Assembly (NCBI GenBank): GCA_001642005.1
Contig: LWCA01000004.1
Location: 1-64,000, forward strand
Source: Intoshia linei
Taxonomy: Eukaryota > Animalia > Orthonectida
Reading direction: 5' to 3'
DNA: 64,000 nucleotides
The notes beneath the pieces are model-generated. The model was given only the letters and a program-made list of their open reading frames with translations. It was not told the DNA's origin and made no database searches. Within the stretch, counting starts at the first letter, position 1. Each line of letters begins with the position of its first letter. The translations under genes and the position numbers were made by a program. This document shows positions 13,901-27,601 of this stretch, piece by piece.

Positions 13901-16900
13901 TTGAAGTTTATTAACTCTTTGACGCGAAATTCCACCTATATGAGTAGTTTTAAAATCTAAAATATTAAAAACACATATGTGTGGAGTCTTAAAATTGGTA
14001 ATATTTCAAAACTACACATATGCGTGGAGTCGTAATATGAATAGTATTTAAAAACACGCCCATTTTATTTTAAATTTCATTATATTTATTTCCAATTTCG
14101 ATTTCCTAAACATTAACTTTAATTCTTTAAAAAAGGGTTTTTGAGTAATTTTTATTAACCAGATTTTAACAGGGGTTTTTTTGAGTATTTTTTTGAGTAT
14201 TAAAAAAGTGACATTTCGCTTTCATTATTTTTGCATTTGTTGTTTTATTTACAAATATAGTTTGCAAAATTTTAGGCTCTTACTTAAAAAAATAAATTGT
14301 TAGTCAAATAAACAAAGTACATTTGACTTAAATTTTTTTAAATTTTAACTTGATTAAGCGCATATATTGAATAATTTAGTTGAAATATTTACAAATACAT
14401 TGATGCCAATATTTTTTTTCATATTGGGTCAATTGTTTCATGGAATAGTAGTTGCAACTATGAATACTATTTCTTTTCTCATCATAGATGATAATGTATC
14501 ACCTAAAAGAAGTTCTATATATATTGGAGTTCTACATGGATCTGCAGTAATGGGATCTGCAATAGGCTACGTTTTAGGCGGATATACTCTCAAAGTTTAC
14601 GGAGATTTTTATAGAGCTGACGTGTAATTATTTTAAAAATTAATATATTTAAACTGCACACTTACTCTCACTTTATTACATTCCGGTATCTGCTGGTCAT
14701 AGCTAAGTTTATTAATCCTTTGTTAATTTAATATATTTCAGCATTATGGGATTCATTTAGGTTTATATTTACAGACTTACATTTTTATATTATATTAGCT
14801 TGATGTTATGTACTCCATACGAACAACACCTAGCTCTGCCAAGGGCACATTTTTATTATACCAAAAAAATAAATTCTCGTTAAAAATCCTACTATTAACT
14901 ATTATCAATCCTTTAAAGGAGTGTTGCTCAAATTTGTTTCAGGTGGAACCATCATATCACATTACTTTTTACTTTTTTTAAATTTTCCAACTCGTTTGAT
15001 TTTCAAAAAGAGAGACAACTGGGGTTTTTGACCTTAAGATGTGAAATTGGGAAGTTGAAATTTATCTTATTATACGTCCGGAAAAAGCTGTAATTGAAAT
15101 GTGGAAATTAAAAAATTCTAAGACTGGTAGTTATTTCAATAAAGTGGAACACACACAAACAAAAATCGCATAACATATTATATAAGTTAGGATTAATTAA
15201 TTCACCATAACTCGCTTATTTATTTATAATAATTAACATAATTAAAAATTATTATTATTAATTAACCACATAATTATTATGTAAGGTTAATAAACTATTG
15301 ATGATATTTAATCATAAAAATTGTTTTTCATTTATTAAGACAATTTTAAAATTTAGACCGATCGGATTGGACATATCAGATAAAAAGTGGTATGGAGCCT
15401 GGTATATAGGGTTCATAATTACATCAATATTTGCCGTAATGTGTTCAATTCCCTTATTTGGTTTTAATAGATTTTTACCTGGTATGATTAATGATATATA
15501 AGTAGTCTAAAGGGTGTTTCATTAAGATGGATCGATAAAAACAGTAAATAAAACAATGTTAATGGGTAAATTTTATTGATTTTTTATGGAATTATGTTAT
15601 TTGGCACATGTCAATTATGTGTGAAAAATAATATCGCCCAAATGTTTGCCAAAGCTTCGGCGGCACACCTCCACTCGATGGTCAAAATTTTTTATTACAT
15701 CTCTGCATAATTGCTCCTCGATCTCACCAATATGCTTTAACATCTTATCCTTCAACTGTTTAATTGTTGTCGACTTGTTGGCATAGACCTTATTCTTAAG
15801 GTAAACCCAAAGGAAGAAATCCAGATGCGTCAAATCGCACGATTTTGCTGGCCAACCCACTTTGCTGTTTTGAGAGATGATGCGACCTGGGAATTTCTTC
15901 TTCAATATAGCCATTGTTGCATTGGCTGTGGCATGTGGCGCCGTCTCGTTGAAACTACAAATTCTCGAAATCGATAGCATTCAATTAAGAAAAAAAAGTT
16001 GTTTATTATGGCACAGTATCTCTCGCCTGTCACAGTAACAGAATTGCCGGCATCATTCTCGAAGAAAAAGCGGTCCAATTAATCCGCCAGCAAAAAATGC
16101 ACACCAAACAGAGACCTTTGATGGATGCATCGGTTTTTTAGCAATTATCCATTTATCCAATTATCAATTGAGCAGGAAAGGTTCAGTTCTCTACAAGAAG
16201 AATCTCTACCGAAGACTAGGTGGAATTTGAAGCCTATTGTCCTAATTTTTGCTCATTTAAACACATTGGACGTCCCATTCTGTATTTACCAGTTGGGTTC
16301 ACATCTCTTATGAAATTATTTATGGCATGCCTACTTCTATTGATAATTTTTAGCAATTTCAGACACGTTTTGATTCGCCAAAACTAATTGCGTGATTTTT
16401 CTTAATTTATTATCATTTAATTTTAGTTTTATACATACTGTTAAAAATGATGCACTATAAAAGAAAAATAAAAAAATTAAATAATTACCTGTTTAATTAA
16501 GCTTTAATTTATAATTAATAATAATAAATAATATAATATATGTATGATATTATAAAAATTACAATGTATCATAATAATGTGTATCATAATTTAGATTCCG
16601 ATGATTCCCACATTCGAAGTTTAAAGTCAAAACTTTTAATATTTTATGAAACCATAAATTCTATAAAAAACCTTTTAAGAGACAAAGTGTATATGCTAAT
16701 TGTAATTAGTGAGTCTTTTAATGCGTTCATCATTAGCGCATTCGTATATTTTACTCCAAAAATTATGTCAACAAAATTTAACGTCAATGCCAGCACATCT
16801 TCAGTTTATTCAGGTATAATAAAATTATTTAAGTGAATACAGTAAATCTTTTTTATATCGCTATTTTTGCATCATAGACTTAGATTATATGAAACAATCA

Positions 16901-19900
16901 CCCATAACATAATAAAGTGAACAATTAATATTTCTTTAAATCTTTATAAAAGAATATATTATCTCATTTTCTTGATCACATTTGAGTATGAAAAAGGCAC
17001 TGTATATTTTTTCTGTCTAAAAAAAATTAAAATTCCATTTTAGGGTGCACTCTCGTACCAGCAGGAATATTGGGGACAGTTGTCAGTGGATTTATTATTA
17101 AAAATATGACAACATTAAAGAAAATTAAATTTGCCGCTTTTTGTTATTTTCTAACTATTCCTTTGTTTTTTGCATTTTTTTTTAATTGTCAAGGCAATTT
17201 CGTTGAAGGAATTCACAAATTCTACAATACAACGGATAGGTAATTTTTTTCTCATTAATTCCGTTCATATTTACGTTTTATTGTTATTTTTGGTATTAAT
17301 GATATCTTTATTTTTTAACACTTTTTGTGTCTTTGTTACCAATTCTAAGACATTTCAATTATAAATATGATTAATTGCTATAATATATACGTTTAGATTA
17401 AGTTATCAAGATTCTTGCTCAACCAGGTGTGATTGCAGTAAACCTACATCTGATCTTGTGTGTCATATTGAAAAGGGTCAAATTCAACCAAAATTATCAT
17501 ATTATTCGTATTGTTGGGCAAGCTGTACTAAAAAATATGTAATTTTATTAATGAATAATCCATTCAATACGGATACTACTCGAAACCATTAATCAATGAA
17601 ATCATCTATCGTTCGTATTTTTTATTTACATGGCTGTATTTATTTTGTAATACGTTTCTTTTTAGGGTAAATTTGTGAATTTCACTTTAAAATTTTATTT
17701 TCGGGACCTCAAGTATGGTTAATTGGTATGTGAATATGAAATTGAATTCAACGTTATTTTCGAATCTGCGTTCAGTGTTTTTAATCTGCCTGGAGAAAGA
17801 TATATAAAACATGGCATCTACTAGAGTGCTATAGAACACATTGTATAGTTTTATAATTTTTAATTTCAATTTTAGAAAAATTGTCTCTGTATTCCCATGA
17901 AAAGTATGATTGTAAATAAATCGGACTGCGAAGCTCATACTTGTCCTTATTTTTATGGATTTTTAGTTTTCTTATTTTTCATCATTTTCCTCACTTTTGT
18001 TTCATCTACTCCTATTATTCAATGTCTAATACGGTAATAATTATTAAATTATATTCTTAATTAAGTGTGTGTGTTATCGTTTATTTCAATAACTGCCAGT
18101 CTTAAAATTTTATAAAGTTCACATTTCAATTACAGTCTTTTCTGGGAGTGCTAGGATATTAAATTATTAGGAATTTTAGTATTTATATATTTTTTTTTCC
18201 GAAATATTTTATTAAAACAAAAAATGTAAAATAATTAAAAATTCGAAAATTAAAAAAAAACGGTTTTTCTGATATAGCTTATTCCAGTTGATATAAATAC
18301 AAAATGTCAACCATAGAATATTTCGATTAAAATAAAAATTAAAAATTTTAATATTGACCTACAATTTGAAAATAAATGTGCATTGCACGTCTACATATTT
18401 CCAATAAAGAAGTATGAATGAAAATCTATCTAATTCATTTTTTCGGAATTTTTTTCATTGCTACGCAATTTTTAAATTTCAAATTCTCATTTTCAAAATA
18501 TTTTTAATACTATTTAAATAGAAACTACAAAAACGAAACTAAAAGTAATACAACTTTGTTAATATCATTTTTATATTTATTACAATCCTTTGCAATATTG
18601 GTAAAATTCACTTAAATATGTTTATAAAGTGCTGATTCCGTTAATTATTGATATATAATTGCTATTTTTAAATATTTTTCAAGTTGGTACTGAATATATA
18701 TTATCACATTGAAAATGACAAAATAGGTTTATGTTATTTTATTTTTTCTGGAATTTATGCTATTTATTAGGATTTATAAGTTAGATTTTCAACGTGAATT
18801 AATTTTTTTGGTATAATCAAAATGTGCCCTCGGCAGACTAAGGTGCTGTTTGTACATAATACATAACATTCAACCTAGTTATTTATAAAATTATAATCTA
18901 ACATTTTTTATATAATTTTGTTTTTAGAACAGTTCATTTTAAGCATAGAGCAGTGGCACTGGGCTTTGGATGGTTAATAATAAGATTATTAGGTAAATTA
19001 AAGCATACACATTAGTTGTCGGCAACCGCTTGTGCCAATATGAATTTTATTATGTACTATTAAACAGTTTTATTAAACGTTAACATTTTTGACACTTAGC
19101 GAAAACTTGTATAATATATATTAGAGGTGTTCCAAAATTTTATAAATTATGTCCAATATCAGAAAAAGTTGAGTAATTAATCAAAAATGACAATACAAAA
19201 AAATAATTAAATTAAATAATAATTTGTGGAATCGCTTGTTATTTTAAACATACCATACAAAAATGTTACACGGAAATTAAAACATATATTTATTTACTGA
19301 ATTTTTACCATTTCATGATTTGACTAGTCTTGTGTTGACCTCATTGTATGCTTATTCCAGTGATTCCTAACCTTTTTCTCCACAGCGCACTCCAACGTCA
19401 TAAAAATATTCAACCGCACTTATAAATTTTCATAATAATTCATAGCGGAACATATTGTTTATCACTGATTTGAACGTTAAATACAGTCTAAGTCCTTATT
19501 AACTGAATTTATATTAGCAAAAATTCCATAACGAAATTTTAAAATATATGTTTTTCTTAACAAATTTGTATGAATCAAAAATTCCGTTAATAATGATTTT
19601 ACCTCTAAAGCTCTAGAATCTATTTTTAAGAGAATCGTAAATATTAACTAATTTTTCTATTAATTACAAGTCAATTACTATCATTGCGAAAATATCATTT
19701 TTATTTTTATTTTATATCTATAAATAATTTAAAATTTATAAAATTTTTCATGAACCCCATAAAAACTGATGTGGACCCTTTGTTAATGTTTTGTGCATAT
19801 TACTTTGTCATGTTTTATTCAAAAACTTATAATAACAAGAAATGTAACTATTTAATGGTTTTTATTTAAAAAAATTAAATTCCGTCAACTAGAGTGTTAC

Positions 19901-20264
19901 TATGGGAAAATTACATATTAACGGAATTAAGGAATTTTAAATTCTGTTAATAAGGACTTAGACTGTATATATAAAATATAAATGTAATTTTATAGGCCAT
20001 GTTCCAGGACCAATAATAATGGGACACATATTGGACGGAGCATGCCTACAGTATGCATCAAATGGAAGTTGTAGTTTCTACCACAGTGATTATCTGACAT
20101 ATGCAATGTTGTTGTTTGGTATATTGTTCCGCATATCAACATTTATTTTGTTGATTATCGCAGTTAAATACTTTAAGGATCCATCAGAAGACATTTCCAA
20201 CACAAATTTAATGATGGAAACCATTTCTCATGAAGAAACTTCCTTTAATAATGTAGAAAAATAG
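10984..20264 (+). CDS. SLCO: OATP/SLCO transporter, tandem copy 2, about 12 exons (start codon inferred)
   Basis: Exons give GMVVAGLISISLTTLEKRFGLTS, LIIDDNV, WYGAWYIGF, YFTPKIMSTKF, CSTRCDC...YCWASC and GHVPGPIIMGHILDGAC. A putative 10-codon first exon 10984-11013 splices in phase to 11065; stop at 20264. Confidence 0.9.
13103..13258. mobile_element. Foldback MITE, same family as 52089-52248
   Basis: Long imperfect inverted repeat gtaaagtgaccagaaaa...tttttctaatcactttag, flanked by ttaa / ttca. Confidence 0.65.
14795..15192 (-). mobile_element. Complete short (~400 bp) non-autonomous Helitron in an OATP2 intron
   Basis: 5' a|TCCTAACTTATATAA at 15192 and 3' hairpin plus CTAA|t at 14795; no TSD. 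Confidence 0.8.
15510..16440 (-). mobile_element. Tc1/mariner relics: rosa (DD41D-like) transposase C-terminus plus an adjacent Tc3-like N-terminal remnant
   Basis: QRDGATCH (frameshifted) and WPAKSCDLTHLDFFLWVYLKNKVY motifs; TA+aagggtgtttc terminus at 15510. Degraded NVSEIAK..SRHAINNF..GRP at ~16260-16370. Confidence 0.75.
18055..18878 (+). mobile_element. Non-autonomous Helitron in an OATP2 intron
   Basis: gtgtgtgt 5' tract, family body, 3' ...cataacattcaacCTAG|t. Confidence 0.8.
19484..19965. mobile_element. pogo/Tigger-type MITE with TA TSD
   Basis: Perfect 20-bp TIR cagtctaagtccttattaac, TA on both sides, subterminal aaattccgttaa repeats. Confidence 0.85.
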
Positions 20265-21351
20265 TAAAATAATGTAACATGTAGTACATTTAATTTGTGT
20301 AATAAATATTATATATACATGTTATAGACACTATATTGCATTGCAAAGTGCATATGGATGGGATTGCAATAGAGATGACAGAGATGGGAAAAGAGAGTGC
20401 TTATAATTGAAACAACGAATGTTTAAAATAGAATTTGTTAGTTTTTATTATTGATGCGGTCCCCGGGATATTATAGTAACTGACTAGGCACCCTATAATA
20501 ATTGTAATGCAATTCGAACCCGGTTTGGGGTGAACTTCGATAGCGGGGCATCCGCCGTTTGGGGCAATTTTTTAATATCATGTTAGTTTCATAGTATTTT
20601 GTACTATTTTCTATATATTAAAGCCTTAAAGATAAGAAGATATCTGAACAAAAACTATGTGTAATGTATGCAACAATTAAAGGAACAATATCTCGAATCA
20701 AAAAGAAAATTGTACCACTTTTGAGTAATTAACAAGCGAACCTAATTTTTTTGTTTTTTTTATTTGAAGATAATTTGAGAAATTACTATGCATGACCTAT
20801 AACTATTTAAAAAAGATTATTTTATGGAAACCCTTACTTTTTTTTGAAATTTGAAGGTTAAATCCTTATTTAAACATTTTCATTATATTTAAAAGTTTAA
20901 ATATATTTTAAAACTTTTTTTACATCCAAAATAATTGTAATACAAAAAAATTTTTAAATTTTTTTAGGTAATTCTTGCCTCTACTTCAGTAAAATACAAA
21001 TCAATTTTCTTTTTAGTTTTTACAATCTCATTTTCTCAATTCACTCTTTCAAAAAAATAAAAGTTATAAAAATTTTTAAAATGTCTTAAAATGTGTAAAT
21101 GTTATAAGCTGTAATTACATTTTTCTGACAACTGTTGTGAAGTGGATAAATGGTGAAGATTTCAAATTTAATTTGACTGTTACCAATTTCTATATAATGT
21201 AATTTTTATGTTCATTTTTAGTACGTTTATATCGGAGTTGTCTAAATTTTAGAAAAACCACCAAAACAACCATCCTTAATTATGAAGAGTAAACACAATA
21301 TTTATAATATAGAATAATGAATAATTTAATAAATAGAAATAATATGTCAAT

Positions 21352-22392
21352 TTAACTTGTGTATGATGGGTTCATAGGATTCATAACTTCAAACGTAGGA
21401 CTGTGTATCAAGTTATCTGCAGGGCTATCTTTATAAATTTTTGCCGAATTTCCAGATATGACTAGTTTTTTACTTATTAATATAACGATTGAAATAACCA
21501 ATAGTATTATAAATAAAAATAAAACACCTAATCCAATCAAGAATCCACTTGTTAATACTTTATCCGGTGTATATTGACTTTCGAGAGATATTCTTGGCTT
21601 ATATGTATAATCTACAATATTTTCAAATCGTGTTCTAGACTGAAATACCACAAAAATATTATAGAAACTCGTGATTAAGTCAGGATATACAAGTAACTTG
21701 GTAAGAATAAAAAATTCAAATCCAATAAACACTAATACATAAATTTGAAGAAATGAATTTATAATGTAATTTTCTACGTACACCAGAAAGGTAACAAATA
21801 TAAGCACTTGGTTTATAGCTGAATATTTATCATATACTATCAACATTAATAGTGTACCTATTACTTGTACGCCATATATCAATTTTAAAGATTCAGCGCC
21901 ACCGCTTAAATGTTTATAATTCACAAAACTATTGATAGAAAATGAATAAATGAAATAAATATCATTTAATGATTTAAAAAATAAACAGGCGACTAAACAA
22001 ACGTTGGCACTATGAGTGAAAAATATATAATCATGTTTTTGTAAATTCTTTACACCGTTATAATATTTTTTACTTTGATATGCTGGATAAACCAGTGAAC
22101 TGACTCCAATAAACACTAATCCTATTAAAATTATATCAGTATTGAGACTGTAATTTTTTAAGTATACTAATGGTAACGTAATAAACTCACATAGGGCGAC
22201 TAATAGTATATGAATTACACTGTTTCCCAAAATTTTTGTTGCTTTCAATTCAGCAGGGTAACTTGAATTTTCATATTTGAAATAGATTCTAATCTTTTTC
22301 ACGAGAGGACCAAAATCTGAATTGTAAAACTTAATAGATTCGGCATTAGCATATACTAAAAACGCCAGAAAAATTGAAAATTTTAAGTTCAT
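21352..22392 (-). CDS. Intronless orphan membrane protein A (346 aa; signal peptide, several TM segments, C-terminal TM plus short tail)
   Basis: 1041-bp uninterrupted ORF in very AT-rich DNA; signal-like MNLKFSIFLAFLVYANA; hydrophobic segments; AATAAA-like AT-rich 3' flank. Confidence 0.75.
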   Translation of the reverse strand: MNLKFSIFLAFLVYANAESIKFYNSDFGPLVKKIRIYFKYENSSYPAELKATKILGNSVIHILLVALCEFITLPLVYLKNYSLNTDIILIGLVFIGVSSLVYPAYQSKKYYNGVKNLQKHDYIFFTHSANVCLVACLFFKSLNDIYFIYSFSINSFVNYKHLSGGAESLKLIYGVQVIGTLLMLIVYDKYSAINQVLIFVTFLVYVENYIINSFLQIYVLVFIGFEFFILTKLLVYPDLITSFYNIFVVFQSRTRFENIVDYTYKPRISLESQYTPDKVLTSGFLIGLGVLFLFIILLVISIVILISKKLVISGNSAKIYKDSPADNLIHSPTFEVMNPMNPSYTS

Positions 22393-22525
22393 TATAATTG
22401 CAAATATTTACATATCGATTAGAACGTTTACTATATTACAATGCACAATGTGTACAGTAGGACGTCACACGCACCTGTAAAACAAGGTTAATTGGTATTA
22501 AATGTTTTCAATTGTATAATATAAA

Positions 22526-24845
22526 TCCTTACTTATATAATATGCTATGAAATATTTGTTTGTATGTGTATGTTACCGTTTATTTCAATAACTACAAGTT
22601 TTAGAATTTTATAAAGTCAACTTTTCAATTACAGTTTTGCGAGAGTGTTAGCAATTAAGCCCAATCAACAATCAACAAGCCCAATTGTCTTTTTTTTTTT
22701 GAAAATCAAACAAGTTTAAAAAGTTAAAAAAATATCTTCAGGGCCAAAACCACAAATAACCTGCTTTTTTTTAATGAAAACAGCCATAGAATTTAAAAAA
22801 ATTTACAGGTATTAACTTTTACAATTTATCCCAATTAAAAAAAATATATTTCAGTATTTGCTTTTTTACTATGCTGAACAAAATGGTAAAAAAATTATTT
22901 AATTTTGTTAAGAATAATACTAAAAGGCCCGGTCCAGATGAAAATTGTTAACCCCTATAAAAATTTTTTAAGAAAATAAAACAATTATATATGGCTTCAG
23001 AGATAGTTCTTTTACTTTTAAGTGAATTACTCCATCTTAATTTTTTGTTTGTTAACATTTGTGTAAAAAATTTTAAAAACAATTGTTATCCGATTTTTAT
23101 AATTTATTAGACAGAATCCTAACTTATATAAAAGGCTACGCGATTTTTGTTTGTGTGTGTGTTCGACTTTATTGAAATAACTACCACTCATAGAATTTTT
23201 TAAAGACCACATTTCAATTACAGTTTTTTCCGGGACGTATAATAAGATAAATTTCAACCTCCCAATTTCACATCTTAANGTCCTTCTTTTTGAAAATCAA
23301 ACGAGTTACAGAATTTAAAAAAATATATATGCTGATACGGATTTTAAAATAATAAACATTATTATAAATTTAAATTTAAAAAAATTATATCTATAATTAT
23401 AAAAAGGGACAAAACCCCAAATTACTCTTCTTATTTTAATGAAAACAGCCCTATAATTTAAAAAATTTTACAGGTAGTACAGTTGTATCCTGTTAACACA
23501 CACAAAAAATTTCAATCCGAATAAGTGATGACTGCACGGTCAAAAAAGCATTTTGACTAATTAAACTTAATTTAAAACTAATCTCTCGGGTTAGACGAGT
23601 CAAATAGTCCATTCAAACTTTACTGGCGATAGAAAAATTTGATTTGGTTATTAATTTGATTAGTGAATGTAAATTTATTATTTGTTTTCAATTAAAAAAT
23701 GTCAAATGCATTCAAGACAGTTTGGATGAAATGACTGAAATGAAAAGTCTGATTGGACTTTTGGCAGAAAAACAAATTTGTGATTACATAAAGAATAAGA
23801 TTATTGTCATTTCACAAATGTCGCTCAATTCTTTGACGGGTGATGATAACGATGGTGGTTTAGATATTTTTAATATCATGCAGAATAATGANAAGATAAA
23901 TTTCAACCTCCCAAACTCACATCTTACGGGTCAAAAACACGCTGATGCGGATTTCAAAATCATAAACGTTATCATAAGTTTAAATTTAAAAAAATTATAT
24001 CTTCATGGCCAACACCACAAATTCCCTTCCTTTTTTTTTAAAAAGCCCTAGAATTTCAAAAAATTTACAGGTGTTACAGTTGTATCCAATTAACATACAT
24101 AAAAAATTTCAATCCGAATAAGTGACGACTTCACAGTTAAAAAAGTATTTTAGTATTCATATATTTCTTTTCCGAAATATTTTATTAAAACAAAAAATGT
24201 GAAATAATTCACGGTCCGATAATTAAAAAAAAATTATTCTGATAGATCTTATTCCAGTTGATATAAATACAAAATTTCAATTCCAGAAATCTACGCATTC
24301 CCAATGAAAAATAATTTTTAATATATTATCAAACAATATTTTTCAAATATTTCGATTAAATTCAAAAATTGAAAATGTAAATAATGATCCTACAATTTCA
24401 AAAAAAATGTATATTGTACGTCTACACATTTCCAATGAAGACATATGGGTGAAAATCTATATAATTCATTTCTTCGCAATTTTTAAATTTTAAATTTTCC
24501 AAACATTTTTTATAATCTTCAAATTTTAACACTACAGCAACGAATTTATAAAATTAAATTTATATTAATTAANTTAAAAAAATGGGATAATAATTGTTTT
24601 TAAAATTCTTTATACAAATGTTAAACAAAAAATTAAGATGGAATAATTCACTTTAAAGTAAAAAGTAATGTGATATGTTGGTTCCACCTGAAACAAGTTT
24701 GGGAACCACTCCTTTAAAGGATTGATAATAGTGAATAGTAGTATTTTTAAGTTAGATTTTCAACGTGAATTTTTTTGGTATAATAAAAATGTGCCCTCGG
24801 CAGAGCTAGGTGCTGTTTGTACGTAGTACATAACAGTCAACCTAG
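22526..24845 (+). mobile_element. Nested/compound Helitron copies
   Basis: 5' ends a|TCCTTACTTATATAA (22526) and a|TCCTAACTTATATAA (23117); 3' hairpin plus CTAG|t at 24845. Three single-N joins at 23279, 23892 and 24573. Confidence 0.8.
23562..23891 (+). pseudogene. VPS54: Vps54-like (GARP subunit) coding fragment embedded in Helitron sequence
   Basis: LKLISRVRRVK*SIQTLLAIEKFDLVINLISECKFIICFQLKNVKCIQDSLDEMTEMKSLIGLL aligns without gaps by eye to the remembered Vps54 segment LKLMATVHQTQPTVQVLLSTSEFVGALDLIATTQEVLQQELQGIHSFRHLGSQLCELEKLIDKM. Contains an in-frame TAG. Confidence 0.55.
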
Positions 24846-25940
24846 TGATAATATAAAAATATTGTATCAAAAGTATATCCTTCATTTTAGTATGCCATAC
24901 CAATATTGGGATATACGACCACTCGATGTGAATCACTGTAAACTTACCATTACGGCTGCCATAACTGTTTTACATATAGAAATTAAGGTATTTCTATTAC
25001 CATTATAAGAATATATTAAATGTAAATAAAATGATTATGGTATTTCGTAATGGGTAAGCATTGAAAATTATAGATTGATTGCAATGATATTGTATTCATT
25101 GTATCAATTATATTTTGTTTTCAATCAATGCATTGAAAAATTTATATTACCAATTAACTCATTGGTATTTCAATTGATAAGAATTGATTGCAATCACTCA
25201 TTTCCAATCCCTGATCAAGGGTCTGAAAATTTCATAACAATTGGCTAACTTGATACACTAAGAAATGTAGCAGATCACTTATATAAAACTAAATATATCT
25301 TCCCATCTACACAATTTCTTTAAAAAAGTTTTTCTACTCAAACCCCATATTTAGTAAAGTTGTAACATTTGCATTTTTTAACATTTTTTTTCGAAAACGA
25401 CGTTACTAATGGTACATATCTTACATATATTATATATTACTGTTTAATACTCAGGATCTTGGAAAGGGGCTAGGACCATATGATATGATCAGCCTACTAT
25501 TCCATATTAATAGGTGATGGAAAAAATTTTCGTACAAAGGGCAAAACGTTTTTACATTAGCATTGAAAAAAACTGAAAAGAAAGTTTTGCAACCGCTGGA
25601 TAAAGGAATCAAACGTTTTATTTAATTTGTATATGGAGCAAAAATTTTTCATGTGACCCGAGCCCACAGTTGGTTCTACACACCTCTGATAATACTGTAT
25701 TTAGGCGTAATATATACAATTTAATTATAGGACGGTATGTGTAAATATTTGGATAATGAAAATGACACAGAATTAATGCATTTGAACGATGTCTGGTTAA
25801 AGCCAAAAAAATTTATTAAGGTAAAAAGGAATAATATAAATGTAAAAAATTATCAAAGAAAATTGCCTTAATTGAAATTATTCAGCCTGAGTCAGGATTC
25901 CTAATAGGAAATACTAATATAAAAACCTCCACTTTGATGA

Positions 25941-27320
25941 TCCTAACTTATATAAAAGGCTACGCGATTTTTTCTTGTGTATCTGTGTGTGTGTTCCACT
26001 TTATTGAAATAACTAATACTCTTAGAATTTTTTAAAGACTACATTTCAATTACAGTTTTTTCCGGGACGTATAATAAGATAAATTTCAACCTCCAATTTT
26101 ACATCTTACAGGTCAAACCCTGTTGTCTCTCTTTTTGAAGAGCAAACGAGTTGGAGAATTTAAAAAAATATATCAATTGTCCTTCTTTTTGAAATCAAAC
26201 GAGTTGGAGAATTTAAAAAAAGTATAGTTTTTTTCGGGACATATAATAAGATAAATTTCAACCTCCCAATTTCACATCTTACGGGTCAAAAACCCCAGTT
26301 GTCCTCTTTTTGAAAATCAAACGAGTTGGAGAATTTAAAAAGATATATAAGCTGATGCGGATTTATAAATCATCAACATTATCATAAATTTAAATTTAAA
26401 AAAATTATATCTTCAGGGTTAAAACCCCAAATTACCCTTCTTTTTTAATGAAAACAGCTCTAGAATTTACAAAAAAATTTACAGGTAGTACAGTTGTATC
26501 CTGATAACACACATAAAAAATTTCAATCTCAATTCTAATCTGTCTAATAAGTGACGACTTCACGGTCAAAAAAGCAGTTAAGTATTTATATTATTTTTTT
26601 CCTAAATATTTTATTAATACAAAAAATGTGAAATAATTAACAGTCTGAAAATTAAAAAAAAAGAAGATTATTCTGATAGAGCTTATTCCAGTTGATAATA
26701 TTACAAAATTTCAACTCCAGAAATCTACGCATTCCCGGTGAAAAATAATTTTTAATATATTATCAAGCAATATTTTAATGTAAATCGATTAAAATCAAAA
26801 ATTGAAAATGTAAATATTGATTCTACAATATCAAAAAAAATGATTATTGAACGTCGACACATTTCCAATAAAGAAATATGGGTGAAAATCTATATAATTC
26901 ATCCCTTCGGAATTTTTTTCATTGTTACGCAATTTTTAAATTTCAAATTTTCATTTTTAAAACATTTTTGTTAAAACATTCAAATTTAAATAATAAACTA
27001 AACAACGAAACTAAAAAAACTTTGTTAATATCATTTTTATATTACAATCCTTTGAATAATGGTAAAATTCGACTGAAATGTTTATAAAGTGAAGATTCAG
27101 TTAATTATTGATAACAATTGGTATTTTTAAGTATTTATTAAATTGGTACTGAATATATGTCATTACATTGAAAATGACAAAATAGGTTTTTATAATTTTA
27201 TTTTTTNATATACGCTGATACGGATTTTAAAATCATAAACATTATCATAAATTTAAATTTAAAAAAATTATATCTTTAGGGCCAAAACAGCAAATTACCT
27301 TTCTTTTTTTAATGAAAACA
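25941..27320 (+). mobile_element. Non-autonomous Helitron (5' end intact, internal tandem modules)
   Basis: a|TCCTAACTTATATAAAAGGCTACGCG start; repeated aatttcaacctccca / caaacgagttggagaattt modules; N at 27207. Confidence 0.8.
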
Positions 27321-27455
27321 TAAAATTCTGTTAACCGGCCCAGGACCGGAGAGCTAACATTGTAAGCTCATATACAAAAAAAAGTATTAATGTTCTCACA
27401 AGGTTAAAATTAAAGTAAAATTTTTAAAGGTGCATGATATTATCTGCATGGTACC

Positions 27456-27601
27456 CAGGGCTGTGGAGAGGGGCTATGACCATATGGCCCGTCCTACAAT
27501 CATGAGGACCTACATGATTTTTATATAATATGATCATAAAAATTTATAGGGTCCCACAATTTTCATCTGACCGGGCCTACTGCTGGCTCTCCACGGCCCT
27601 G
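27456..27601. mobile_element. hAT MITE
   Basis: TIR cagggctgtggagag / ctctccacggccctg; 8-bp TSD atggtacc / attgtacc. Confidence 0.8.

Noticed and set aside
20455-20570. GC-richer patch containing ttcgaaccc (tRNA T-loop-like)
   Set aside because: No cloverleaf could be built; probably a transposon remnant.
25587-25830. LQPLDKGI pogo/Tigger-like motif
   Set aside because: Single short motif in a stop-riddled frame; too weak to list.
25941-26400. Repeat-spacer-like pattern (CRISPR-like)
   Set aside because: Eukaryotic context; these are irregular Helitron internal modules without unique spacers.
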